From: Deltaproteobacteria bacterium
GTDB lineage: Bacteria; Desulfobacterota; Anaeroferrophillalia; Anaeroferrophillales; Tharpellaceae
DNA length: 34,172 bases
Assembly (NCBI GenBank): GCA_030640695.1
Contig: DAOWIX010000143.1
Coordinates: 1 to 34,172 of the forward strand
Reading direction: 5' to 3'
A program made the position numbers and the translations under genes. Of the stretch, positions 16,566 through 25,063 are shown piece by piece (positions within the stretch are counted from its first letter, which is position 1; each line of letters opens with the position of its first letter). The notes under the pieces were generated by a model, which had not been told where the DNA came from, searched no databases, and saw only the letters and a list, made by a program, of their open reading frames with translations.

Positions 16566-17771
16566 ATGGCCAACGACCTCAAAGATAACAGATCAAAACT
16601 CAGCCCAAGCCAGAAGAGCCAAAAGCAGCAGGAAGCCAAACAAAAAAGTTTGCACTTACAAATCATCCAGGCTCGCTCTCAACTTAGCGCTGGAAAACTC
16701 AGTGAGGGCATTGAAACCTATTTCAAAATAGCAACGGAGCTGGTTTTAACCGGCAAGATCAGTATGGCCACCGCAATTTATAAACTGATCTTAAAGGAAG
16801 AGAGCACCAACCCTATGGCCTTGGCCTTTCTAAGCAGCCTTTACCACCATCAGGGACTCGAAGCGGAAGCCCAGCAACTTAACACTCCGGAAAACGGGAA
16901 AACCCTAAATGAAGAAGCTTTTCCTGTCGACACCGTAGAGCTGTCAAAGATCAACGAACTAGAAAAAATTTTATCCGTCAAGAGGGTTGCCAAAAACCAA
17001 GAAATCATCACGCAAAACCAAGAGAACCACAATCTTTACCTGATTGTAGAGGGTCGTTTTCAGATCCTTCACCAGGGTTCAGACAAGCTTAGTAAAGAGA
17101 TTGCAGTCTTGAGTAATGGTAACTTATTCGGTGAGCTTACCATGCTTTTACCACATCGCAAAGCAACGGCGACCGTTATCGCTCTCGAATCCGGAAAAGT
17201 TCTGACTGTTGCCCGAGAGGAGTTCAGACTTTTTTTAAAAACCCGCCCAGCCCTGCTTGAAACCATCCTTACGATGGCCCATAAACGCCTTCTTGAGCAT
17301 GCATTAAGACCCCTTTTCATCTCAGACAACGACCGAGAACAACTCTGGCTTTCCCGGGTTGTGGAGAAATTTAAGATCAGCAAGTTTTCAGCTCAAGAGC
17401 TTCTTCTTAAAGAGGGAGAAAGGAATCAGGCCCTTTACGTTATTCTCGACGGCGATCTCAAGGTCAGCTGTCATGGCCCTCTAGCATCCGGCGAGATCCC
17501 AATCACAACCCTTACAACAGGTGATTTCTTTGGTGAATTCTCCCTCTTGACCGGTGAAGCTGCAAGCGCTACTGTCAGGGCTCTCTCGAACGGCTGGGTG
17601 GCGATCTTGAAAATTCAGGAAGTTGATCGCCTGGCGACCCATTTCCCTGAATTTCTACCCCGTATTCTAAACTCCTTCAGAGCCCGCAAACAAAACCTAT
17701 TGAAAAAAAAGATCAACGGTCTCTCCAGCAGGCCCGCACCGGTCGGGCATTCAGAAGGGATCTATGATTAA
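16566..17771 (+). CDS. Protein with an N-terminal TPR-like region and two cyclic-nucleotide-binding (cNMP/CAP-effector) domains
   Basis: 401 aa with two copies of the beta-roll signature (GNLFGELTML...RKATATVIALE and GDFFGEFSLLTGEAASATVRALS). It starts 9 nt after the lolC/E stop and overlaps the lolD start by 8 nt. Confidence 0.75.
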   Translation: MANDLKDNRSKLSPSQKSQKQQEAKQKSLHLQIIQARSQLSAGKLSEGIETYFKIATELVLTGKISMATAIYKLILKEESTNPMALAFLSSLYHHQGLEAEAQQLNTPENGKTLNEEAFPVDTVELSKINELEKILSVKRVAKNQEIITQNQENHNLYLIVEGRFQILHQGSDKLSKEIAVLSNGNLFGELTMLLPHRKATATVIALESGKVLTVAREEFRLFLKTRPALLETILTMAHKRLLEHALRPLFISDNDREQLWLSRVVEKFKISKFSAQELLLKEGERNQALYVILDGDLKVSCHGPLASGEIPITTLTTGDFFGEFSLLTGEAASATVRALSNGWVAILKIQEVDRLATHFPEFLPRILNSFRARKQNLLKKKINGLSSRPAPVGHSEGIYD

Positions 17772-18432
17772 AACGGTTGCGTTGAAAAAAAGTTTTTTTC
17801 TCGACAAACGGGAGATATCCGTTTTAAAAGGGATTGACCTCACAATTGCAGCCGGAGAGCGCATTGCCATCTGCGGAGAATCGGGAGCCGGCAAAAGCAC
17901 TTTGTTACAGATCATTGGTTCACTTGATAAACCGAGCAGCGGCAGCGTCAGCTTTTCCGATGTAGATATCTTCTCGCGCTCAGAATGGGAACTCGCAAAA
18001 TGGCGCAATTTAAGCCTGGGTTTTGTCTTTCAGTTCCACCACCTACTACCCGAATTCAGCGCTTTGGAAAACGTCATGACGCCGGCCCTGATAAATGGCA
18101 TTCCCATGCCCGAGGCCAAAAAGATGGCAACCCGACTCCTGCAAAAGGTCGGGCTTGCAGAACGAACACGCCATAAACCAGGTGAACTATCGGGTGGGGA
18201 ACAACAACGTGTCGCTCTGGCCCGAGCTTTAATCATGCAACCTCAAGCGGTTCTGGCGGACGAACCGACCGGGAACCTGGATGCTGGAACCAGTGACGAA
18301 ATTGTCTCTCTGCTCATGGAGTGCAATCGAGAGTTCAACACGACTCTGCTACTGGTCACTCACAGTCAACGTCTAGCGACTCAGATGGATCGCACTATTT
18401 ATATAGAAAACGGATTGGTTTTGGAATCATAA
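17764..18432 (+). CDS. lolD: Lipoprotein-releasing system ATP-binding protein
   Basis: 222 aa, with Walker A GESGAGKST, signature LSGGEQQRVALARAL and Walker B VLADEPTGNLD. Confidence 0.9.
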   Translation: MIKTVALKKSFFLDKREISVLKGIDLTIAAGERIAICGESGAGKSTLLQIIGSLDKPSSGSVSFSDVDIFSRSEWELAKWRNLSLGFVFQFHHLLPEFSALENVMTPALINGIPMPEAKKMATRLLQKVGLAERTRHKPGELSGGEQQRVALARALIMQPQAVLADEPTGNLDAGTSDEIVSLLMECNREFNTTLLLVTHSQRLATQMDRTIYIENGLVLES

Positions 18433-18466
18433 AATCTGTTTTACTTTATTTTAAATAATCAAACTT

Positions 18467-20794
18467 ATGACAAAATCAAGAGAGATCTACATGTTTCGAC
18501 AAAAATATTGGTGCCGGTCTCTGATACTAGGATCGCTGAGCTTCCTACTGTTTATTGTGCTGTTTTGCAGCCCCCATCCGGCTAACGCCGAAGAAGAGAA
18601 CTTTGCCGGGCAGAAAGTTGTTGAAATTGTGGTTCTCGGCAACCAGAAGGTCACCAAGGATACCATAACCGACAAGATGAAAACCAAAGTCGGCAAACAA
18701 CTATCAACCACGACTCTAGACCAGGATCTCAAAGACCTTTACAGCTTAGGCTTTTTTGATAACCTTATGGTCAACCTTGCTGGTGTTAGAGATGGAGTCG
18801 AAGTCGCGATCATTGTCGTTGAAAAACCAACCATCAATGCAATTGTCATCAAAGGCAACAACAAGGTAAAACGCAAGGAATTACTTAAAGAGATCACTCT
18901 ACATACCTTTAACATCCTCAATGAAGAACGCCTCAAGGAGAGTCTTGAGAAGATGAAAGCCTTCTACCACGAGAAAGGCTTCTATTCAGTTCGCATTAAA
19001 ACCAAAACGGCGAGGGCCGGGAAAAACAACATCCAGGTCATTTTTGTCATTGACGAAGGGCCTAAATGTTACGTTAAAAAGATTCGTTTTCATGGCAATG
19101 ACAACTTTCGATCCTGGAGTTTAAAACGTAAACTGCAGACCAAAACCTACAGTTTCTTTCTAAGTTGGGTAACCGATGCCGGCATCCTTAAAAAGGATCA
19201 ACTTGAGAATGACGCCAAACTCCTTAAATCATTCTATTTGAGTGAAGGCTACGTACAGGCTCGGATCAGTAAACCTAAAATCACGCTTGACGAAAATCGC
19301 AAATGGATCTACCTAGACTTTGATATTGACGAAGGTGAAGTCTTCACGATGGGACAAGTCGAAGTTATTGACCCAGATAGTGACGCGGAGTTAACCGACA
19401 ATCTACTTAAGGTTCTCAAGGGAAGAAGTGGTGAGACCTTCAGCAATCTCAATCTCCAAGGCGACATTGAGACCCTCTCAACGTTTTTTGCTGACCGGGG
19501 TCACGCCTATGTCGACATTGACCCACGCACCAAGATCGACCCGGAAAAACGTACGATTGATGTCTCTTATTATGTTACCAGAGGAACCAAATTTCTTTTC
19601 GGTCGCATTAATATCGGCGGCAACACTAAAACCCGAGACAAGGTAATTCGCCGTGAACTGCGCTTTTCTGAAGGTGATCTCTTCAGCGGGTCAGCCCTCA
19701 AACGGAGCCGTGAGAGGATAAATAACACCCAGTTCTTCTCCGAAGCTGATATTCAGACCATTCAGAACGATGATGAGACCATTGATGTCAACGTCAAGGT
19801 AGTTGAAGGTTCGACCGGAGCTTTCAGTGTTGGGCTCGGCTACAGCACAGTCGACAGCATTATCGGCGTTGCCAACATATCCCAAAAAAACTGGCTCGGT
19901 AAAGGACTCGACGCAACTTTTAACGTTGAACTTTCGGGCTCCCGCCAATTCTATAATATTGGCCTGACCGACCCCTATTTCCTCGACATGAATATGAGTT
20001 CCGGCATTAATATCTATAATGAAGAGTACGAATACGACGCCTACTACACTTCGCAACAGGGGTTTAGACTCAGCTTTGGCAAACCAATTGACGAATACAC
20101 CAGCTGGTCAACCGGCTATCGCTGGGAAAAAGTAAAGATTTTCAATATCAGCTCAACTGCTTCTGACTATATTAGGGATGAAGAGGGCACTACGAGCACC
20201 AGTCAGGTCTACTTCTCCATGACCCGGGACAAACGTGACAACTATCTTTTTCCAACCCGGGGCTATAAAGTCAAGGGCACCGTGGTGTTTGCCGGTGGCC
20301 CTTTAGGCTTTGACAATGACTTCTACAAGGTTATCCTTGAAGGCCATAAATTCTACCCCTTCAAATGGAGCAGCGCCTTTCACCTCTGGGGACGTGTGGG
20401 TTATGCCGATGGTTATGGCGGCCAGGATCTGCCTCTTTATGAACGCTTCTATGTTGGCGGTTTAAAAACAGTACGTGGCTTTGATTTTGGTGAAGCCGGA
20501 CCGGAAGATGAGAACGGTGATGTCATCGGTGGCACCAAAGAGCTTATTTTGAGTGCCGAATGGATATTCCCGCTAATTAAAAACATGGGCCTTAAAGGGG
20601 TTATTTTCTATGATGCCGGTAAAGCTTTTGATGATAATGAAAATTTAAGTTTTGACTTGCGCCACAGTGTCGGTTTTGGAATTCGCTGGAAATCGCCGAT
20701 GGGCCCCTTACGGGTTGAGTGGGGCTTAAACTTAAGTCCGGAAGATGATGAAGAGAGTAGCGTCTGGGATTTTTCGGTCGGGACCTTCTTTTAG
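18467..20794 (+). CDS. bamA: Outer membrane protein assembly factor BamA
   Basis: 775 aa: signal peptide, POTRA repeats, and a C-terminal beta-barrel ending ...VWDFSVGTFF. An alternative start is at 18491. Confidence 0.93.
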   Translation: MTKSREIYMFRQKYWCRSLILGSLSFLLFIVLFCSPHPANAEEENFAGQKVVEIVVLGNQKVTKDTITDKMKTKVGKQLSTTTLDQDLKDLYSLGFFDNLMVNLAGVRDGVEVAIIVVEKPTINAIVIKGNNKVKRKELLKEITLHTFNILNEERLKESLEKMKAFYHEKGFYSVRIKTKTARAGKNNIQVIFVIDEGPKCYVKKIRFHGNDNFRSWSLKRKLQTKTYSFFLSWVTDAGILKKDQLENDAKLLKSFYLSEGYVQARISKPKITLDENRKWIYLDFDIDEGEVFTMGQVEVIDPDSDAELTDNLLKVLKGRSGETFSNLNLQGDIETLSTFFADRGHAYVDIDPRTKIDPEKRTIDVSYYVTRGTKFLFGRINIGGNTKTRDKVIRRELRFSEGDLFSGSALKRSRERINNTQFFSEADIQTIQNDDETIDVNVKVVEGSTGAFSVGLGYSTVDSIIGVANISQKNWLGKGLDATFNVELSGSRQFYNIGLTDPYFLDMNMSSGINIYNEEYEYDAYYTSQQGFRLSFGKPIDEYTSWSTGYRWEKVKIFNISSTASDYIRDEEGTTSTSQVYFSMTRDKRDNYLFPTRGYKVKGTVVFAGGPLGFDNDFYKVILEGHKFYPFKWSSAFHLWGRVGYADGYGGQDLPLYERFYVGGLKTVRGFDFGEAGPEDENGDVIGGTKELILSAEWIFPLIKNMGLKGVIFYDAGKAFDDNENLSFDLRHSVGFGIRWKSPMGPLRVEWGLNLSPEDDEESSVWDFSVGTFF

Positions 20795-20874
20795 AGGTAT
20801 GATATACGCCCAATTGGGTGAAAGTGAAATTATATATTACGCAAACCATCAACTAATTTACCAAGGAGTAGGAA

Positions 20875-21426
20875 ATGAAGAAGTATTTTTTGATTACAGC
20901 TATTGTTATGGGAATGCTGGTTATGAGTCTTTCCTCTGTTCAGGCCTCAGATCCAGAATTCAAGTTTGGCTATATCGATCTCCAGAAAGTCATGGCCCTT
21001 TCCAGCCAGGGAGAAATTGCTAAAGGAAAAATGCAGGCTAAGCAGGAAGAGCTGCGAGCTGAATTACAGACTAAACAGGCCGAAATTTCCGTTATGAAAG
21101 AGGAGCTCGAGCGTCAGGGAATGATGCTGAGCCCGGAAAAACGCCAAGAAAAAGAGAACGACTACCAAAAGATGGTGCGTGACTTCAAGATTTTTGTTTC
21201 CGATTCAGAAAAAGATATGAAGGCTCTAGAGGGCGAATTCCTCAAAAAGATGCTGAAAGAGCTGGAAGTTGTAACTGAAGAATTTGGCAAAACCGGCAAG
21301 TACCAGCTTATTCTTGAAAAACGTAGCGGCATTATCTTTGCCGATGAAGCTCATGACATCTCTGACGAGCTCATCAAAGCCTATAATCAATGGGTCGAAA
21401 ACAACCAGAAAAAAGAGAAGAAATAG
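20875..21426 (+). CDS. skp: Periplasmic chaperone Skp/OmpH
   Basis: 183 aa: signal peptide MKKYFLITAIVMGMLVMSLSSVQA, a coiled-coil body, and a position directly after bamA. Confidence 0.88.
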   Translation: MKKYFLITAIVMGMLVMSLSSVQASDPEFKFGYIDLQKVMALSSQGEIAKGKMQAKQEELRAELQTKQAEISVMKEELERQGMMLSPEKRQEKENDYQKMVRDFKIFVSDSEKDMKALEGEFLKKMLKELEVVTEEFGKTGKYQLILEKRSGIIFADEAHDISDELIKAYNQWVENNQKKEKK

Positions 21427-21434
21427 GATCAAAT

Positions 21435-21890
21435 ATGCAGACAGCACTGATGGATATCAACCAGATAATGCGCTTTCTACCACATCGTTACCCTTTTCTG
21501 CTGGTTGATAAAATACTCGAAATAACTCCGGGAAAAAGTATTGTCGGATGTAAGAATGTTACCATCAATGAACCTTTTTTTGGTGGTCATTTCCCCTCTT
21601 TCCCAGTCATGCCCGGGGTTTTAATAATTGAAGCAATGGCCCAGACTGCAGGGATTTTTGCCATGGAGGCTCTTGATGTCAAGGTTGCTGAAGACCCTGA
21701 CACCAAAATGTTTTTCATGAGTATCGATAAAGCCCGCTTCCGCAAACCTGTAATACCGGGTGATACTATGATTATGACCATGAAGCTTATCAACCAACGC
21801 CGTAATATATGGAAATTTGCCGGCCGCGCTGAAGTCGAAGGAACTCTGGTTTGTGAAGCGGAAATGATGGCCAGCATAAGTACAAACTAG
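21435..21890 (+). CDS. fabZ: 3-hydroxyacyl-ACP dehydratase FabZ
   Basis: The track ORF is trimmed to the ATG at 21435. It has LPHRYPFLLVD and FFGGHFPSFPVMPGVLIIEAMAQ. Confidence 0.93.
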   Translation: MQTALMDINQIMRFLPHRYPFLLVDKILEITPGKSIVGCKNVTINEPFFGGHFPSFPVMPGVLIIEAMAQTAGIFAMEALDVKVAEDPDTKMFFMSIDKARFRKPVIPGDTMIMTMKLINQRRNIWKFAGRAEVEGTLVCEAEMMASISTN

Positions 21891-21893
21891 TTA

Positions 21894-21936
21894 TCAGTTA
21901 TCAGTGGTAAATAAAACCATGTCCACTGATAACTGA
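21894..21936 (+). terminator. Perfect 14-bp-stem hairpin (TCAGTTATCAGTGG / CCACTGATAACTGA, 15-nt loop) followed by TTTATTT, 4 nt after the fabZ stop
   Basis: Read directly from the sequence. Terminator function is inferred. Confidence 0.55.
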
Positions 21937-21952
21937 TTTATTTCAGCCATAA

Positions 21953-22125
21953 CTAGGAGACTGTTCGAGAATAGAAGTTTTTTCTCAGATCGAGGCATTT
22001 TTTGAAAATAATGCATACCCCAAGGGCACTTCCTACGGGCGCTGCATACACTAAGTATTCCGAGCATTATTTTCAAAAAATAACGATGAGATGGGGGAAA
22101 AGAGCATTCTCGGACAGCCTCCTAG
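21953..22125 (+). repeat. Structured intergenic repeat, copy B: a ~173-bp imperfect palindrome. The outer inverted repeat is 20 bp with 2 mismatches (21953-21972 / 22106-22125). The inner inverted repeat is 18 bp and perfect (21996-22013 / 22064-22081). The conserved core (22011..22044) lies at the apex, overlapping the last 3 nt of the inner left arm.
   Basis: The inverted repeats CTAGGAGACTGTTCGAGAAT / ATTCTCGGACAGCCTCCTAG and ATTTTTTGAAAATAATGC / GCATTATTTTCAAAAAAT were read from the sequence. The core is shared with 7178..7209. Confidence 0.6.
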
Positions 22126-22137
22126 ACAGGATTAACA

Positions 22138-22923
22138 ATGTCTAAGATTCACTCTACTGCCATATTATCAGATCAGGTTACCATCGCTGACGATGTTACT
22201 GTCGGTGCATATGCGATCATTGAAGGCGAAGTAACCCTTGGGAATGGTACTATTATTGACCATCATGCCACGGTCAAAGGTAAAACCACCCTCGGTTCAT
22301 CTTGTCATATCTACCCTTACGCTCTGGTTGGCACCGACCCGCAGGATCTCAAACATCAAGAGGGCCAATCTGAGCTTATAATAGGCGACCAAACCGTCGT
22401 CAGAGAGTATGCCACCATTAGTCGCGGAACCGAACACGGCGGCGGCATTACGCGCATCGGTTCGCATAACTTTATCATGGCCTACTCCCATATCGCCCAT
22501 GACTGTCAGTTCGGCAATCATATCATTCTCTCAAACGGGGCTACCTTTGGGGGCCACAGCGAGGTAGAGGATCACGCGATAATTGGAGGTTTGAGCGCCG
22601 TTCATCAATTTTGCCGGATCGGAGCCTACTCCTTCATCGGCGGCGCTTCAGGAGTTTCCCAGGACATCCCACCCTATGTCCTGGCCAACGGCAATCATAC
22701 CCGCCTCTACGGCCTCAACAGTGAAGGCTTAAAGAGGCATGGTTTCAGCAAAGAGACCATTAAAGCCATCACTCAGGCCTTTCGCATTATCTTTCGGACA
22801 ACCGGTCTCCCGCTGGCTAAAGCCATTGAAAGAGTCGAAAATGAGGTCGAAAATATCCCAGAGGTATCGCATATGTTAAACTTTATCAAACAATCGAAAC
22901 GGGGCGTATGTCGAAGAAAATAG
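22138..22923 (+). CDS. lpxA: Acyl-ACP--UDP-N-acetylglucosamine O-acyltransferase
   Basis: 261 aa: left-handed beta-helix hexapeptide repeats plus the LpxA C-terminal helical domain. Confidence 0.92.
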   Translation: MSKIHSTAILSDQVTIADDVTVGAYAIIEGEVTLGNGTIIDHHATVKGKTTLGSSCHIYPYALVGTDPQDLKHQEGQSELIIGDQTVVREYATISRGTEHGGGITRIGSHNFIMAYSHIAHDCQFGNHIILSNGATFGGHSEVEDHAIIGGLSAVHQFCRIGAYSFIGGASGVSQDIPPYVLANGNHTRLYGLNSEGLKRHGFSKETIKAITQAFRIIFRTTGLPLAKAIERVENEVENIPEVSHMLNFIKQSKRGVCRRK

Positions 22924-23888
22924 AGAACTTAAAAGTCATCAAGGCAGGTGTCGTCGGAGTCGGACATCTCGGTGCTTTCCATGCCGAAAAGTATACCTTG
23001 CTTGAAAATGTCGAACTGGTTGGAGTTTTCGACCTTGATTTCGAGCGAGCTTGTAAAGTTGCTAAAAAACTCTCAGTCCCGGCTTTCAAAGATCTTAACG
23101 AATTGCTTGCAAAATGTCAGGCTGTCTCGATTGCGACTTCGACTTCGGCTCATTATGAACTGGCTCGCCAAGCTCTGCTTAAAAAAATTGATCTCCTGAT
23201 TGAAAAGCCGATAACCACGACCGAAGCCGAAGCCCAGACCCTGATTGAGCTGGCCAAGGAAAATCAATGTATCCTCCAAGTCGGCCTCCTTGAACGCTTT
23301 AATCCGGCTTTCACTAAAACCCGGAATCATCTGGTTAACCCACGTTTTGTTGAAGTCCATCGACTCTCCCCATTCAGTTTTCGCAGTATCGATATCGATG
23401 TCATTCTCGATCTTATGATCCACGATCTCGATCTCGTGCATGAAATAATAAAAAGTCCGATAACCAGTATCGATGCCGTCGGGGTTCCGGTTATCTCCAA
23501 ACAAACTGACATTGCTAACGTACGTATCCATTTTCAAAACGGGGCCGTAGCCAATCTCACCGCCAGTCGAGTCTCGTTAAATCCAGAACGCAGAATTAGA
23601 ATTTTCCAGCCAGATGGTTACTTCTCTCTCGACTTCAGCAATTTTTCAGCGACCATCTGCCGCCGCCAAGAAGGCAGCTATCTTGAACCGCTACCTAAAG
23701 TCACCTCTGAAGAGCTGACATTTCCAAAAAGCGATAATCTGAAGCTCGAGATCGAAGATTTTATTGACGCCATCCGTCATCGTCGAAAACCGCTCGTCAG
23801 TGGGGATGAAGGCCTCCTGGCCCTGTCAACCGCAATCAGGATCAAGGAAACCATCAAAAAACAACAACACATTTGGGAGGATGTCTGA
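22908..23888 (+). CDS. Gfo/Idh/MocA family NAD(P)-dependent oxidoreductase (candidate GnnA-like UDP-GlcNAc 3-dehydrogenase)
   Basis: 326 aa with the N-terminal Rossmann motif KAGVVGVGHLGAFHAEKY. It overlaps the lpxA end by 16 nt and lies between lpxA and lpxB. The family call is solid; the substrate assignment is inference. Confidence 0.8.
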   Translation: MSKKIENLKVIKAGVVGVGHLGAFHAEKYTLLENVELVGVFDLDFERACKVAKKLSVPAFKDLNELLAKCQAVSIATSTSAHYELARQALLKKIDLLIEKPITTTEAEAQTLIELAKENQCILQVGLLERFNPAFTKTRNHLVNPRFVEVHRLSPFSFRSIDIDVILDLMIHDLDLVHEIIKSPITSIDAVGVPVISKQTDIANVRIHFQNGAVANLTASRVSLNPERRIRIFQPDGYFSLDFSNFSATICRRQEGSYLEPLPKVTSEELTFPKSDNLKLEIEDFIDAIRHRRKPLVSGDEGLLALSTAIRIKETIKKQQHIWEDV

Positions 23889-23900
23889 AGTTGCGAGTTT

Positions 23901-23925
23901 AACTCTGAACTCTGAACTCTGAACT
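23901..23925. repeat. Heptamer tandem repeat (AACTCTG)x3 plus a partial fourth unit, in the 44-bp spacer upstream of lpxB
   Basis: Read directly from the sequence: AACTCTGAACTCTGAACTCTGAACT. Confidence 0.8.
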
Positions 23926-23932
23926 TTTAAAT

Positions 23933-25063
23933 ATGAAAAACGCCCCCCACCTGGTTATTGTCGCCGGTGAAGATTCCGGTGATTTCCACGGCGCCAATCT
24001 CGTTGAGGCTCTGCGTCAACAACTACCGCTGAGTCGTATCTCCGGTATCGGTGGGCAAAAGATGAAAGAAGAAGGAGTCGAACTGATTTTCCCGTCAGCC
24101 CGACTTGCTGTCGTTGGTATAACCGAAGTTTTAAGGCGCTTGCCCGATATTTTAGCTGGCTGCAAAACAATCCGGAAACATCTTCGCGAAACCCGGCCGG
24201 AGCTGTTGGTTCTGATCGATTTTCCTGATTTCAATCTCCACCTGGTTGCTCCCTATGCTCGCAAACTAAAGATCCCGATTGTCTACTATATCAGCCCCCA
24301 GGTCTGGGCCTGGCGCCAGGGAAGGGTTGCCAGCATTAACAAACTGGTCGAAAAGATCCTGGTTATCTTACCTTTTGAGGAAGAATTTTATCGCCAGCGA
24401 GGCGTTACCGCCGAATACGTTGGTCATCCGCTCCTGGATGAATTCAAAGATTTCCGCTCTCTTCCCCATAAGCAACGTCGCCATATTGCCCTGATTCCAG
24501 GCAGTCGCAAAAGTGAAGTAAAACGGCTCCTACCGCTTATGTTGACTGCAGCTCGCCTCTACGCAAGGGAAAAGCCGCATACTCGATTTATTATTCCCGT
24601 GGCCCCATCGATCGACATAAACCTCATCCAGGAGATGATTCCGACGAGCTTGGTCAATAAGATCTCCTTACTACGAGAACCTCTCGCAAAAGCACTGAGA
24701 AATGCCTCTTTTGCTCTCGTCACCTCAGGCACAGCCACCCTGGAAACAGCTCTAGCCGAAGTCCCGATGGTAGTCATCTATAAAGTGAATCAGCTCTCCT
24801 ACGAACTAGGTAAAAGATTAATCTCGGTTCCTTTCATCAGCCTGGTAAACTTGATAGCTGAAAAGGAAATTGTCCCGGAGCTTATTCAACATGAAGCTCT
24901 TCCGGAAAAAATTGCCGGAAAGATGCGTTCATTACTTGACAAACCTGAAACTTACATTGAAATTTGCCATGAGCTCAGAGACCTTAAAACAAAATTAGGC
25001 AAGGCCGGCGCACCGGCTCGTGCGGCCGCAGCCATTATAACTGTAATGAGAAAAAATGAATAA
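23933..25063 (+). CDS. lpxB: Lipid-A-disaccharide synthase
   Basis: 376 aa, with the VAGEDSGDFHGANL N-terminus and GT19 architecture. Confidence 0.92.
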   Translation: MKNAPHLVIVAGEDSGDFHGANLVEALRQQLPLSRISGIGGQKMKEEGVELIFPSARLAVVGITEVLRRLPDILAGCKTIRKHLRETRPELLVLIDFPDFNLHLVAPYARKLKIPIVYYISPQVWAWRQGRVASINKLVEKILVILPFEEEFYRQRGVTAEYVGHPLLDEFKDFRSLPHKQRRHIALIPGSRKSEVKRLLPLMLTAARLYAREKPHTRFIIPVAPSIDINLIQEMIPTSLVNKISLLREPLAKALRNASFALVTSGTATLETALAEVPMVVIYKVNQLSYELGKRLISVPFISLVNLIAEKEIVPELIQHEALPEKIAGKMRSLLDKPETYIEICHELRDLKTKLGKAGAPARAAAAIITVMRKNE

